Positions 18,666 through 29,120 of a DNA stretch of 64,000 nucleotides are shown here, piece by piece. The translations under genes were made by a program, and so were the position numbers. Each line of letters opens with the position of its first letter. Positions within the stretch are counted from its first letter, which is position 1. The DNA is taken from assembly GCA_040901985.1 (NCBI GenBank), contig JBBDYC010000009.1, positions 60,364-124,363 on the forward strand. Direction: 5' to 3'. Under the pieces are notes generated by a model that made no database searches, was not told the origin of the DNA, and worked only from the letters and a program-made list of their open reading frames with translations. Origin of the DNA: Gemmatimonadaceae bacterium. GTDB lineage: Bacteria > Gemmatimonadota > Gemmatimonadetes > Gemmatimonadales > Gemmatimonadaceae.

Positions 18666-21179
18666 ATGATTCAGCGGTATTCCGTAGCGTTGCTTGGGCT
18701 GTTGCTGGTTGCACTCGGACCAGCCGATGGCCGCGCCCAGGCCGCGCCTTCGCCAGCACAAGCCCAGGCGTTGCTTCAGGCACGGCCAGACCTTGTTGCG
18801 CAGCTCCGGCAGCGCATCATCACGAGCGGGATGACGCCAGAGCAGGTTCGGGCGCGGCTCCGGGCTGAGGGATATCCAGAGAACCTGTTGGACGCGTTTT
18901 TGCCGGGGTCAACGTCAACGCCTGGCGCCGTTGGCGAGGATGTGTTCAGTGCCATCCGTCGGCTGGGGATTGCCGGCGACGACGACGTGGCCGTGCTCCG
19001 CACAATGCTCGGTGGTCCCGTCCCTGCCCCGGAGCCGGTACGCGTTGAGCGACCCGGCCAGGATCAAGATGAGCGCGAAGAAATCTTCGGCCTCGCGCTG
19101 TTCCGCAACGCCACCAGCGAGTTCTTGCCGACGCTCGACGGGCCGGTGGATGCCAACTACCGCCTCGGCCCCGGCGATCAGTTGGTGTTGATCCTCACCG
19201 GGCAGGTCGAGCTCGCGCACACGCTCGACGTGACGCGCGAAGGCTTCATCGTGATTCCGCAAGTTGGCCAACTGAGCGTGGCGAATCTCACGATGGAGCA
19301 GTTGGAGAACCTGCTGTATCAGCGCCTGCCGCGGTCGTACTCCGGTGTCCGTCGAGGCGCGGATGCGCCAACGCGCTTCACGGTGACCGTGTCGCGCCTG
19401 CGGGCAATCCAGGTGTACGTCACGGGCGATGTCGTGCGGCCATCGAGCTATCGCATCTCGAGCGCCGGTACCGCGATGACGGCCCTGTACGCGGCGGGAG
19501 GGCCAACAGAGTCTGGCACGTTGCGCGAGGTTGTGGTGCGTCGTGCAGGGCACGTGGTGGCGACGCTGGATGTGTACGACTACCTGTTGCGCGGAGACAA
19601 CTCCGGCGATACCCACCTCGAGAACGGCGATGTGGTGTTTGTGCGCACGCACGGCCCGCGGGTGCGCGTTGCGGGTGAGGTGTTGCGACCAGCGACGTAC
19701 GAGTTGAAGGCGGGCGAGACGTTACGCGATGCGTTGCGTAGCGCCGGCGGCTTTCGAGCGACGGCGGCCGTGCAGCGGATCCAGGTTCAGCGCATTGTGC
19801 CCCCTGCCGAACGTCAGCCAGGCGGGCGCGATCGCTCGGTGATTGACGTGGCGGGCGCTGGCCCCACGGTCAATGACTTTCCGGCGCTCGAGATGACCGG
19901 GGGCGATGTGGTGCACGTGTTCGCGGTAACCGATCGAGTGCGGAATCGGATCAACGTGACTGGGAATGTGTGGGCGCCGGGGGCGCAGGCGGTCGCGCCA
20001 GGGCTACTGCTGAGCGGCGCCATTCGTGCGGCCGGTGGTCTCAAGCCAGACACCTACTTGGGTACCGTGCTTGTGTCGCGCTTGCGGCCGGACAGTACAC
20101 GCGAGCAGCTGCGGGCGACGCTGCGGGATACGACCGGTGCTGTCGTGACTGATTTCGTGCTCCAGGAGGATGACGAAATTCGGGTGTTCTCCATTTCAGA
20201 GTTTCGTCCTGATCGGTACGTGGCCATTGGCGGCGCGGTGCAGAACGGCGGGCGGTTCGCGTGGCGCGATGGAATGACGCTGCGCGATTTGGTTCTTCTC
20301 GCTGGCGGGTTGCGAGAGGGGGCGTACCTGAATGAGGCGGAGGTTGCGCGTTTGCCTCTGAATCGGGCCAGTGGTGTGACGGCGACCACGGTTCGGGTGG
20401 CCTTGGACTCGAGCTACCTGGCGGAGTATGCGGCGGGGCGCGCGTATCCTGTGGTTCCCGGGCTGCCGTCGCCGGCTCCAGGCAGCGCACCCGAGGTGAT
20501 GCTGCAACCGTATGACAACGTGCTGATTCTTGAGCAACCCGACTGGCAGTTGCAACGCACGGTCACGCTCACGGGCGAAGTCCGATTCCCTGGGCGCTAT
20601 GCTCTCAAGTCAAAGGACGAGCGCATTTCAGACTTGATCAGGCGGGCGGGTGGGCTAACGGCCGAGGCGGATCCCGATGGTGCGATCTTTACTCGGTTGC
20701 GGGCCAGCGCTTCGTTCGCGGCGGAGGTTTCGGACGCGGAGGGGAGCACCCGCGTCGGAATTGACCTTGCCCGCGCCATCAGTCGGCCGTCGAGCGACGA
20801 CAATTTGACTCTAACAGAAGGCGATGCATTGGCTGTGCCGTTTCGACGCACCACTGTGGAGATTCGGGGGCTGGTCAATGCACCCACTGCTATTGCGGTG
20901 GACCGTGGGAGGCCGTTGACGTACTACGTGCGGGCGGCGGGCGGTTCGACGGCGCTCGGAGACGCGAAGAAGGCGTACGTCATCCAGCCGAACGGGAAGA
21001 TCGAGGCGCGGCGACGGTTTCTCTTGGTGTTTCCGCTCGAGCCGACACCGCGCGCGGGCGCGACTGTGGTGGTGCCGGAACGCGAGGAGCGGGTCCCGGC
21101 TACGGAGCGCGTGGCGACGGTGGCGCTGATTGCGCAGACGCTTGCTAGTTTGGTGGCGATTGCGGTGTTGCTGCGTTAA
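18666..21179 (+). CDS. Multi-SLBB polysaccharide export protein (KpsD/Wza-like)
   Basis: Signal peptide; YRLGPGDQL; repeated V.GEV.RP..Y / AGG units; C-terminal helix. Confidence 0.88.
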   Translation: MIQRYSVALLGLLLVALGPADGRAQAAPSPAQAQALLQARPDLVAQLRQRIITSGMTPEQVRARLRAEGYPENLLDAFLPGSTSTPGAVGEDVFSAIRRLGIAGDDDVAVLRTMLGGPVPAPEPVRVERPGQDQDEREEIFGLALFRNATSEFLPTLDGPVDANYRLGPGDQLVLILTGQVELAHTLDVTREGFIVIPQVGQLSVANLTMEQLENLLYQRLPRSYSGVRRGADAPTRFTVTVSRLRAIQVYVTGDVVRPSSYRISSAGTAMTALYAAGGPTESGTLREVVVRRAGHVVATLDVYDYLLRGDNSGDTHLENGDVVFVRTHGPRVRVAGEVLRPATYELKAGETLRDALRSAGGFRATAAVQRIQVQRIVPPAERQPGGRDRSVIDVAGAGPTVNDFPALEMTGGDVVHVFAVTDRVRNRINVTGNVWAPGAQAVAPGLLLSGAIRAAGGLKPDTYLGTVLVSRLRPDSTREQLRATLRDTTGAVVTDFVLQEDDEIRVFSISEFRPDRYVAIGGAVQNGGRFAWRDGMTLRDLVLLAGGLREGAYLNEAEVARLPLNRASGVTATTVRVALDSSYLAEYAAGRAYPVVPGLPSPAPGSAPEVMLQPYDNVLILEQPDWQLQRTVTLTGEVRFPGRYALKSKDERISDLIRRAGGLTAEADPDGAIFTRLRASASFAAEVSDAEGSTRVGIDLARAISRPSSDDNLTLTEGDALAVPFRRTTVEIRGLVNAPTAIAVDRGRPLTYYVRAAGGSTALGDAKKAYVIQPNGKIEARRRFLLVFPLEPTPRAGATVVVPEREERVPATERVATVALIAQTLASLVAIAVLLR

Positions 21180-21239
21180 CTGGCTCCGATTGGATGGCTA
21201 CTGCGCCTCCTGATCGCTACCAACGTGACGGCGGTGGCA

Positions 21240-21890
21240 CTCACTTCACTAGAATGACGCGGGCCGGGTTCCCGAAAGCGGTGACGCCGGCTGCCACATC
21301 TTTAGTGCGCGGTACTCCCAGCGCCTACAATCGCCCCCGCTCCAATCGTGCGCAGCGGAATCACCCCCCCCCCCCGCCCCGACCCATGCGAGGCGTTCCA
21401 CGGTGACACCGCCACAGAGGATCGCTCCCGGTGAGAGGTGCACACCGTCCGCCACGTCGCAGTCGTGTTCTACAACGCAGGCAGTGTTGAGGATTGAAGC
21501 ATTTCCAATCTTGGCGTGGGCGTTCACCACCACCATCGGGAGAACTACTGTACCAGCCCCGAGTGTCGCTGATTCGATCACAATCGCAGAAGGATGGACC
21601 AGTGTTGGCAAAAGGGACCCGGGGACCGATTCCGCAATCGCTAGGCGCGCTGCATTGTCGCCAACCCCGTGAGCAATCGCAACGGTGCAAGACGGAAGGC
21701 GCTCGCCCTCCGAGAGGTGCCGCGCACGTCGTTGTCCGTAATGAGCGGAACGCCCCGGGCAAGCTGAGCGCCCACGGCTGGCTCGCCTTGCGTCTCAACG
21801 GCCACTCCCGCCATCCCACCGCCTGCGCCACGTCAGCCACCACACTTCGGTGACTCCCTGCCCACCAGACAACCAGTACCGGCGCGGTCG
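21240..21890 (-). pseudogene. NeuD/PglD-type sugar acetyltransferase, multiply frameshifted
   Basis: LVHPSA, ILNTACVVEHDC, HLSPGAILCGGV, GNPAR pieces lie in different frames; frameshifts at the G12 tract and near GAGST; N-terminus degraded. Confidence 0.75.
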
Positions 21891-21914
21891 CTGTGCGGGT
21901 CGCCGCGAAGTGGC

Positions 21915-23036
21915 TTAACTAGACGACCCCCGGCCATTCCGCTGGCCTCCGGGCACCCCTGGCGTTGGATGGAGCGCGGCCCACAGTTGATCGAACCTGC
22001 TCATTGAAGTGTGGTCGCGAAGGAAGGACTCAATCACCTGCTGAACTTCCTCGAATCGCGACCGCGCGGCGCCGATTGCGCCAGCGTACTCGGCGACCGT
22101 GGTCGCCGCTTGAAAAACCCCGGGAGGCGCTGCGAGCCACTCTGGATACGCCGCGTGGATAACCGGGAGCCCGCAGGCCAGGAGGTCGAATGTCCTGTTG
22201 CTCACCGTAACTTCAAGATGAGAACGGGACAAGTCGTAGGGTAGAATCGAGCAGCAACAGTCCGCGAGAACCTCAGGGATTGCATCCAACGCGTGAACAC
22301 CGTGGTATCGCGCATCGCGATGAGCCAGTACCTCCCACCCACGCGAGCTCCGTTCGACTGGGCCGACAAAATGGATCCGCTGTCCGCGATCGAGTAGTGC
22401 GATCACAAGACCCCAGTCGACCCGGTCGTTGATGTACCCCCAGTACAGGACTGCCTTACGGTCGCCACCACCCGGTGCGACATATGGCCTCCGGGCCCAG
22501 GGAAGGAAGAGAGCGGCGTCCGGTGCGAATTCCTGGCATTGCCGGACGAGGGGGTGGGACACTGCAAAGACAGCATCCGAAACTTGGAGGGTGCGCCCCT
22601 GCGCCCAGCGCGCCTCGGTCGCTGCCCAAGGCCTGGCGCGATTCACGAAATCATCATTAATAATCGTGATAATCCGGGCGGACGGCCATAGGTCCCGCAA
22701 GGTCCAATAATCGTAGTTGAAGTTCACCACGGCGGCGTCGGCCCACTCCCGCGCAATCGACGCGAGGCTCCATCGGATTGCGGAAGAATTGAACAGGCTG
22801 CACATCCGATGGAATCGAAACTGATGGTGCACTAACTCCCCGCTCCGCGTGCGGTGCGGGGTGGTCGTTGTGTCCACGACTCCGCGCCTGGCAAACCTTG
22901 GCTTCTCTACGAAAAGGACTTCGAGTCCCACGGCCGATAGCAGCTGCGCAACCTGGTGACGAAGCCGCGGTGGCTCCTCGAGGGTGGAACGGGTCACAAC
23001 CACTACCCGACCACTGACGCCCTGCCCCGCGCTCAA
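21915..23036 (-). CDS. Glycosyltransferase (GT-B, TuaH-like)
   Basis: PRLRHQVA, SDAVFAVSHPL, YWGYINDRVDW, LLACGLPV. Confidence 0.7.
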   Translation of the reverse strand: MSAGQGVSGRVVVVTRSTLEEPPRLRHQVAQLLSAVGLEVLFVEKPRFARRGVVDTTTTPHRTRSGELVHHQFRFHRMCSLFNSSAIRWSLASIAREWADAAVVNFNYDYWTLRDLWPSARIITIINDDFVNRARPWAATEARWAQGRTLQVSDAVFAVSHPLVRQCQEFAPDAALFLPWARRPYVAPGGGDRKAVLYWGYINDRVDWGLVIALLDRGQRIHFVGPVERSSRGWEVLAHRDARYHGVHALDAIPEVLADCCCSILPYDLSRSHLEVTVSNRTFDLLACGLPVIHAAYPEWLAAPPGVFQAATTVAEYAGAIGAARSRFEEVQQVIESFLRDHTSMSRFDQLWAALHPTPGVPGGQRNGRGSSS

Positions 23037-24106
23037 GGACCGGACCGGCGAACGCGACCCAAGCTACGTACCCACTGGGAGAAGCCATCTCGTCGCGCAC
23101 GCCACAGGTCAGCTAGTACGGCGACATCGGCCGGAGAATTCCGTCGTCGCTGTTCCAACATATCGAGGAAGAAAACCATCGCGAGTCCCACAAACCAACC
23201 GAGGATCCCAGTCAAGAGGGAGCGGGTCACCAAGCCGCGGCGATCCGGACGGGCTGGAAGCACTGGCGGTTGAACTACTGTCAACACCGGCGTTGCGCGC
23301 ACCTCCTCAATTCGGGCGTTCTCATAGGCCTGAGCAAGGGTGGAATACAGGGCCTGTTGCACGGAGATGTCCTGCTGGATGCGCGCGTGTTCGAACTGAA
23401 GCTGTGGCGACCCCGCGAAGTCCCGGTTACGCTGGAGGAACACCTGCATCCGATCCTGCGCTTCGCGCAGGTCAGATTGTGCCGAGTCCACCCTCCCTTG
23501 AAGAAAGATCCGCTCGTCCCTGGCCTGACTCTGTCGGATCAGGCGATTGAAATAGCCTAGTTCATCGAGAATTCGCCCGACAATCTGCACAGACAGGCCA
23601 GGATCTTCCGTCCACACGCTCACTGACACAATCCCAGTCTTGGGAGCGACCTTCACCCGCAACCTCGAGCGCAGTTCGTCGGCCGCCACCTCGCGCATCA
23701 CCGCAGGCGCAGTCGTATCTGTACCGAACGCCGCAACAAGGTCAATCGTATCCATACCAGTCGTTTGCGCTCGGGGAACAACGTATGCCCGTTGGACTAC
23801 AGCCTGAAGTACGAAATCCGAACGGACCAGATCTGCGTAGAAATCGGGAGACTCCGACGCGGCCGATCCTCCGGCGCCCGCCAACCCGAACTGAGCGGCG
23901 AGTCCAGCCAGTTGGGAACCCGCGCCGGATTGCCCGGTGGGAGTGAAGGCGACTGTGACGGTGTATCGACGTGGGGTTGTGAGGATGATCGCGCCGACTA
24001 ACACCACCAGGGTGGCCGGGATGCCGAGTGCCACCTTTAAGTGCCGCAGATAGGCGGATGCCGCTCCAAACAGGTCGAGGTCCGGCGCTTCATCGGAAGG
24101 AGTCAC
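23033..24106 (-). CDS. Wzz/GNVR-type chain-length determinant
   Basis: Two TMs, GLAAQFG, YENARIEE, VVQPPVLP. Confidence 0.8.
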   Translation of the reverse strand: MTPSDEAPDLDLFGAASAYLRHLKVALGIPATLVVLVGAIILTTPRRYTVTVAFTPTGQSGAGSQLAGLAAQFGLAGAGGSAASESPDFYADLVRSDFVLQAVVQRAYVVPRAQTTGMDTIDLVAAFGTDTTAPAVMREVAADELRSRLRVKVAPKTGIVSVSVWTEDPGLSVQIVGRILDELGYFNRLIRQSQARDERIFLQGRVDSAQSDLREAQDRMQVFLQRNRDFAGSPQLQFEHARIQQDISVQQALYSTLAQAYENARIEEVRATPVLTVVQPPVLPARPDRRGLVTRSLLTGILGWFVGLAMVFFLDMLEQRRRNSPADVAVLADLWRARRDGFSQWVRSLGRVRRSGP

Positions 24107-25461
24107 ACAGCCTCATCGGAAATTGCACGCCGCCGGTTGGGGTAGTACGCTCCCCTGTTCCGGTTAAGCGTGGCGATGACGATATCGAATCCCCACAATA
24201 GTAGCGGAATCGACAACAGGCCACGCCCGAGCGCGACTCCGTAAAAATCAGAGGCCATCAATTGGGTTAGTGCGACCAGCGTCGCCGCCCGCACCCCGAT
24301 ACTCGTCGCGTCACGCGACGAACGGCGGTCGAAAAACACTTGGAGCGCGAAGATTACCAGGCCGACCACGATCGCCCCACCGACAACGCCGACACCGCCC
24401 CAGTCAGCAAAAAACGAGGCATAGAAGGCAGTGTTCACGGTCCCTCCGTGAAGGACGCCGGTGTCGAGGTAGCGGTCGTACACCCAAACTGGGGTCGCCT
24501 CCACGGGGACGTTGGCAAGCTTCGCCAGAAGTCGGTTCGAGCGAGGCCCTTGGAAGTCGTGCAGGGAGGGAAAGGCATCGAAATAGACCGCTCCGGTCTC
24601 GGCCGTGACGTAGGTGACACGCCGCCACAAATTCTTTCCCGCAACTTCGAGCGCTGCCTTTCCAGTGTCCCCGCTGATGAGAGGGTAGATGAGGGCCGGC
24701 AGGAAGAGCGTTAAACAAAATGCCAACCCTAGCTTGCGCAACCCGATTTGTGATGGCCGAACCAAGTACGCAGCGAGCCCAACCGCCGCCAACGTGAAGG
24801 CGAGAGGCGCCTTCGCGGCCGTCAACAAAGAAAATACCCCGGCGCCCAGGAGAATCGTCACCCAGTGCATCACGCTCATGCGCCCTGACACGACGTGCGC
24901 AGTGGCCACGGCAGTATAGAGGGGGAGAAAGAATGCGCGAGCGTAGCCGTAAATCATCCCCAGGACCGGACTGATGTTGCTCGTCATACCGGCCAGCCGC
25001 AGACTCATAGCGTCGACCGCGCTTCCCGGGTTCGCAAGGAGGAAGAAAAACGCGATATTCCGAGTTCCGATATCCCAGATGTAGACAATGATCAGGCTCC
25101 ATAGACCAACCGTCAGCAGGGGTGCAATCCTGTGCACGACTCGATCACGCTCGCTGCGAGGCCGACCCAAGACAATTTCTTTCAGGGGGGGAGGGCGATG
25201 TCCGAGGCCTCGCGTGATGGAGCCCGCAACGACCAGGATAATAAGTGGTGTCGACCAGACGGAAAAAAGGAATGAAGTATGCGGAAATCGCTCCTCGAAC
25301 ACTACGAGGGCCTGGGCGTGAATGAGGAGAAGCCAAGTGACTAGGAAAACCCAGGCGAACGGCAGACGTCCGAACGGCCCGAACCACGCCCGGCACAGTG
25401 TGCCCAGGACGAGCGGCCAAATTGCGTAGTGGAAAAAGGCGAATTCGATAGACCAGGTCAC
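24103..25461 (-). CDS. O-antigen polymerase (Wzy)-like membrane protein
   Basis: Polytopic; TAAKAP, GTVNTAFYASFFADWG; probable GTG start overlapping asnB stop. Confidence 0.7.
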   Translation of the reverse strand: MTWSIEFAFFHYAIWPLVLGTLCRAWFGPFGRLPFAWVFLVTWLLLIHAQALVVFEERFPHTSFLFSVWSTPLIILVVAGSITRGLGHRPPPLKEIVLGRPRSERDRVVHRIAPLLTVGLWSLIIVYIWDIGTRNIAFFFLLANPGSAVDAMSLRLAGMTSNISPVLGMIYGYARAFFLPLYTAVATAHVVSGRMSVMHWVTILLGAGVFSLLTAAKAPLAFTLAAVGLAAYLVRPSQIGLRKLGLAFCLTLFLPALIYPLISGDTGKAALEVAGKNLWRRVTYVTAETGAVYFDAFPSLHDFQGPRSNRLLAKLANVPVEATPVWVYDRYLDTGVLHGGTVNTAFYASFFADWGGVGVVGGAIVVGLVIFALQVFFDRRSSRDATSIGVRAATLVALTQLMASDFYGVALGRGLLSIPLLLWGFDIVIATLNRNRGAYYPNRRRAISDEAV

Positions 25462-27395
25462 GCGCTGGTATCCAGGTTGAACTGCCGCGACCACTCGATG
25501 TAGCTAACGCATCGCCAGAGTTGGCCGCTGAGCCGCGTCATACGCCCTGAGCGTGCGTTGGCCCAGATCGCCTTTGCTCGCGTCACGTCGATGCCCGGGG
25601 TCTCGACCTCCTCGGCATACGCAAGGAGTCCGTCGACCCAGGATCGTTCAGCCATCATCCACGAGGCCACTGGTGTTACAAAGCCGACTTTGTCCCGCCG
25701 ATCCAGAATGGGGTCCGGTACAAGTCCCCGCATCGCGTCCCGGAAGACACGTTTCGACACTCCGTAATCGTCCAGCAGGAACTCCTCCGGCAGCGACCAA
25801 CAGAAATCGACGAGGGGCGCGGTCAGGAAGGGGACGCGACTCTCGATGCTCGCCGCCATCGAGTTCCGGTCGTCGTACCGCAACAGGTGCGGCAAACTGG
25901 TCTCGGATAGGCCGCGGGCCATTTCGTCCCAGAACACGTCCTCCCCCGACGTGTGCTTGACGCTCCTCGGGGCGGCGCCGCGCTCAGCGAACCAAGAGGC
26001 ATCCATCCACGATGGGAGGAGTTCCCGTCCAACGAGCCTGCGGAGTGGTCCCTGGGTCGGTGAGGGAAGAAGGAAGTCGGCCACATGCATCACCCGAGTT
26101 CCGAAACTCGGACCGGGCGATGTGCTAGTACGGCGCAACAGTCGCAGGGCCTGTCCGATCGCGCCCCGTCGGACCAGTCCGGCCAGCCGGGCCCCTAAGT
26201 AGGGCGGATACCCCGCCAGTAGCTCGTCCGCCCCCTGACCGTTAAGCATCACTTTGATGCCCTGTTGGGCCGCGAGCCGGAACACCCGGTACTGGGCGTA
26301 GATGCTCGGGCTCCCGAACGGCTCCCCCTGCGCCCGGATCACCCTCGCGAGGTCGGCGGACAATTCCGAGGGTTCCGGGCGTACCGCGTGGATATGAGCT
26401 CCTGCGTACTCGGCCGCGAGGCGGATCCAGCGCTCCTCGCTAAGGCTCGGGTCATCGGGGATGAAGCTGAAGGCGTGAATCTCGGTGCCCTTTGGGGCGA
26501 CGTCGCGAATCACGCCGACGATTGCGCTCGAGTCGATTCCGCCCGAGAGCGCGGCCCCTACTGGCACATCGGACTGTAAGTGGAGTCGCACGCTCTCCCG
26601 GAACGCTTCCCGTAGCTCCGCCGCGGCCGCTGGAAGTGAGACATTTCGGGTAAGGCGTCGGCTCGCACGCCAATACTCTCGGCACTCGGAGACCAGCCAC
26701 GGTGCCAGATTGATGCGTAGCCACTGTCCCGGCGGCACTTGCCGCACTCCCGCGAACATCGTCCCCTCATCGTGGTCCGTTATGCCGAAGCGGAGGAACG
26801 CACCGAGCGCTTCGGGTACAACCACGCGCGCCTGGCCGGTCAATTCCAAGAGCGCCGGGATCTCCGACGCAAAGGCTGCGCCCTCTGCGGTCTCAGTGTA
26901 GTAGAGCGGCTTAATGCCGAAGGAATCCCGGGCCAGCACCACGCTCTTCGCCTCGCAATCGTACCACGCGAATGCGAACATCCCCACCAACCGGCCGAGG
27001 CAGGCGAGTCCCCACTCGACAAGTGCGGCGAGTAGCACCTCGGTGTCCGAGCTGGAAACGAAGTGGCGGCCTAAAGCAGTCAGTTCCTGTCGCAGCGCAA
27101 CATAGTTGTAGAGTTCACCGTTGAAGACGATTGCGTAGCGGCCGTCCGCGGAACACATCGGCTGCCAGCCCGTCGACGATAGGTCGAGAATGGAGAGCCG
27201 CAAGTGGAGGAGCAGCACCTGCTGGGCCCCTTCGGCCACCGACATCTCCCGGCCCACTCGACACCCCCCCGGTCCATCCGCCATCAACCCCCAATCATCA
27301 GGGCCCCGGTGGGCAAGCCGCTCACGAGCACGCGCGAGTCGCGCCGCGTTTCCCGGCCGCGCCTCGCGATGAATTAGGCCCGCGATTCCACACAT
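25458..27395 (-). CDS. asnB: Asparagine synthase (glutamine-hydrolysing)-like polysaccharide amidotransferase
   Basis: MCGIAG, HRGPDD, FNGELYN, SDTEV, LSGGIDSS, GQGADE, DRNSMA.SIESRVPFL. Confidence 0.9.
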   Translation of the reverse strand: MCGIAGLIHREARPGNAARLARARERLAHRGPDDWGLMADGPGGCRVGREMSVAEGAQQVLLLHLRLSILDLSSTGWQPMCSADGRYAIVFNGELYNYVALRQELTALGRHFVSSSDTEVLLAALVEWGLACLGRLVGMFAFAWYDCEAKSVVLARDSFGIKPLYYTETAEGAAFASEIPALLELTGQARVVVPEALGAFLRFGITDHDEGTMFAGVRQVPPGQWLRINLAPWLVSECREYWRASRRLTRNVSLPAAAAELREAFRESVRLHLQSDVPVGAALSGGIDSSAIVGVIRDVAPKGTEIHAFSFIPDDPSLSEERWIRLAAEYAGAHIHAVRPEPSELSADLARVIRAQGEPFGSPSIYAQYRVFRLAAQQGIKVMLNGQGADELLAGYPPYLGARLAGLVRRGAIGQALRLLRRTSTSPGPSFGTRVMHVADFLLPSPTQGPLRRLVGRELLPSWMDASWFAERGAAPRSVKHTSGEDVFWDEMARGLSETSLPHLLRYDDRNSMAASIESRVPFLTAPLVDFCWSLPEEFLLDDYGVSKRVFRDAMRGLVPDPILDRRDKVGFVTPVASWMMAERSWVDGLLAYAEEVETPGIDVTRAKAIWANARSGRMTRLSGQLWRCVSYIEWSRQFNLDTSA

Positions 27396-27399
27396 CCGC

Positions 27400-28686
27400 C
27401 TAGTTCCTCCGCCGCACGAGGTGCCACAACACCAGTCCGTAGATCAGGTATGCCACGACTTGCCCAAGCACGAGCCACCATACCGTCTGATAGAGATCCC
27501 AGCTATCGCGCACGGCACATAGGTACACCGCGAGGACGAGGGCAACAGAACAGACGTCATAGACGAGTTTTTGACGTTGCCCGCCAAGGACGAACACTGC
27601 GCGGCTCAACGGTACAACCACGAGTTGCGCCGTCGCCCAGGGAATCAGGAGGACCACGAGACGTCCTGCCACGAGCCACTCTGCCCCAAATATCCAGGCA
27701 AAGCCACGCGGTCCGAGAAGAAGGATAACCACGGCCGGGATCGCAGCCACGGCGACCAGGAGGGTGGCAGTCCGCAGGAAGAAGCGCGGAACGTATGCGT
27801 TTCGCTCCCTCGCATGGACTGCGAGCCTGGCATGGAACGCATCGGCGACGCTGCGGCCGACGAGTCCTGCAGGGGCCTGGATGACTCGTTGCGCCAGAGC
27901 GAATTGGCCCGCGGCTTCAGCACCGAACTTCGAGGCGATGAGCGGCAATGGAAGCGCTAGCGCGAGCGCGTCGAGGAGGCCTGATGGAACTCCAGCGTAC
28001 AGGAACGCCAAGTAGGCTCGGAAGGACGCGACGATATTACTCCACCGCTGCCGTCGGAAGAGTTCCCGTGTCTCCGACCACCGGTGCCGCACCAACGGCC
28101 CAAGCCCGACCAAACGCCCAGAGCCCTCTGCTGCGACCAGTCCGGTCCAGCCCGGAATGGCTAGAGAGGTCAGAATTGGCAGGAGCGCACGAGCGATGTT
28201 CTGCATAATCGTGGTCCGCGCAAGTAGTCCAAAGGCCTCCGAACGCATATGCCAATAGCGAAGGGACGCGACGAGTTGCGTCGCCACCAGGAGGCCAACG
28301 CACCAGACTCCGGCGGAATACTGCAGGGCGCCAAAGCCGAACCACCCACGGTCTATTAGAAGGATGATCACGGCACCACTAACAAGCGAGATCGGCACCG
28401 CCGACATCAGCGAACCGACCGTCAGCGAGGCGGCCTCGTCAATCGTGCGGGCACCGACGATCGCCTGGTCGAAGCCGAGCCCCGTCGCCACGAAGGCAAC
28501 CGAGACGAAGGCCATAAGGAGCCCGTAAGCTCCCCACGCCTCAGGGGGATAGAGCCGCGAGACCACTGGTGCGACTGCAACTAGGACAAGCTGACTGGCG
28601 GCAGTGGCGCCCGCCATAGTCAACACATTCCGGAGGAATCCCCCGGCGGCGATGCGCGCTGCCCAAGGGGTTATCTCGCTAGTCAT
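27400..28686 (-). CDS. Oligosaccharide flippase
   Basis: FLRNVLTMAGAT, PVVSRLYPPEAWG, FGAEAAGQFALAQR. Confidence 0.85.
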   Translation of the reverse strand: MTSEITPWAARIAAGGFLRNVLTMAGATAASQLVLVAVAPVVSRLYPPEAWGAYGLLMAFVSVAFVATGLGFDQAIVGARTIDEAASLTVGSLMSAVPISLVSGAVIILLIDRGWFGFGALQYSAGVWCVGLLVATQLVASLRYWHMRSEAFGLLARTTIMQNIARALLPILTSLAIPGWTGLVAAEGSGRLVGLGPLVRHRWSETRELFRRQRWSNIVASFRAYLAFLYAGVPSGLLDALALALPLPLIASKFGAEAAGQFALAQRVIQAPAGLVGRSVADAFHARLAVHARERNAYVPRFFLRTATLLVAVAAIPAVVILLLGPRGFAWIFGAEWLVAGRLVVLLIPWATAQLVVVPLSRAVFVLGGQRQKLVYDVCSVALVLAVYLCAVRDSWDLYQTVWWLVLGQVVAYLIYGLVLWHLVRRRN

Positions 28687-29063
28687 CCCGCCATCTTGAC
28701 TTTCAGCGCTCGCACCATTCGCTCAACCCAAGCGGGATGCAAGGCCGCGGCGAAAACGACCCCCGTGCCGACAGGCAGGCCGCTGGTGACGTCGGACTCG
28801 ATTTTCTCGCCGATACCATCAGAAAGAAATCGCGTATTTCGCAGCCGCTCGCTTCGACGAGCGACCACGCTTCTCACCACGCTGCGGATGCCCACTTCTC
28901 GCAGATAGGCCAGGATCATCGCAATCCGACGTTTTTTGACGAACAACTGGTCTTGAATCTCAGCGAGGTTGATCAGCGCCGTGACTCTGATCCGAACTGA
29001 GACCGGCCCTCGCGCATAATCCAGAAAGCCGCTCTGCACCCCCGATCCGTCACTGACTCTCAT
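28683..29063 (-). pseudogene. Probable truncated N-terminal fragment of a dehydrogenase-like protein
   Basis: YLREVGIRSVVRSV...GIGEKIES resembles the N-terminal segment of bi-domain oxidoreductases; ends after 126 aa. Confidence 0.4.
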
Positions 29064-29120
29064 CGCTCAGCCGCTGCAGCTCGATGTTCTCTCATGTCAC
29101 TCGCGAGTTAGATTTGAGGG

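Noticed and set aside
21364..21375. G12 tract as a phase-variation switch in the acetyltransferase
   Set aside because: Correcting the tract still leaves another frameshift downstream and a degraded N-terminus; this is a pseudogene or poor sequence
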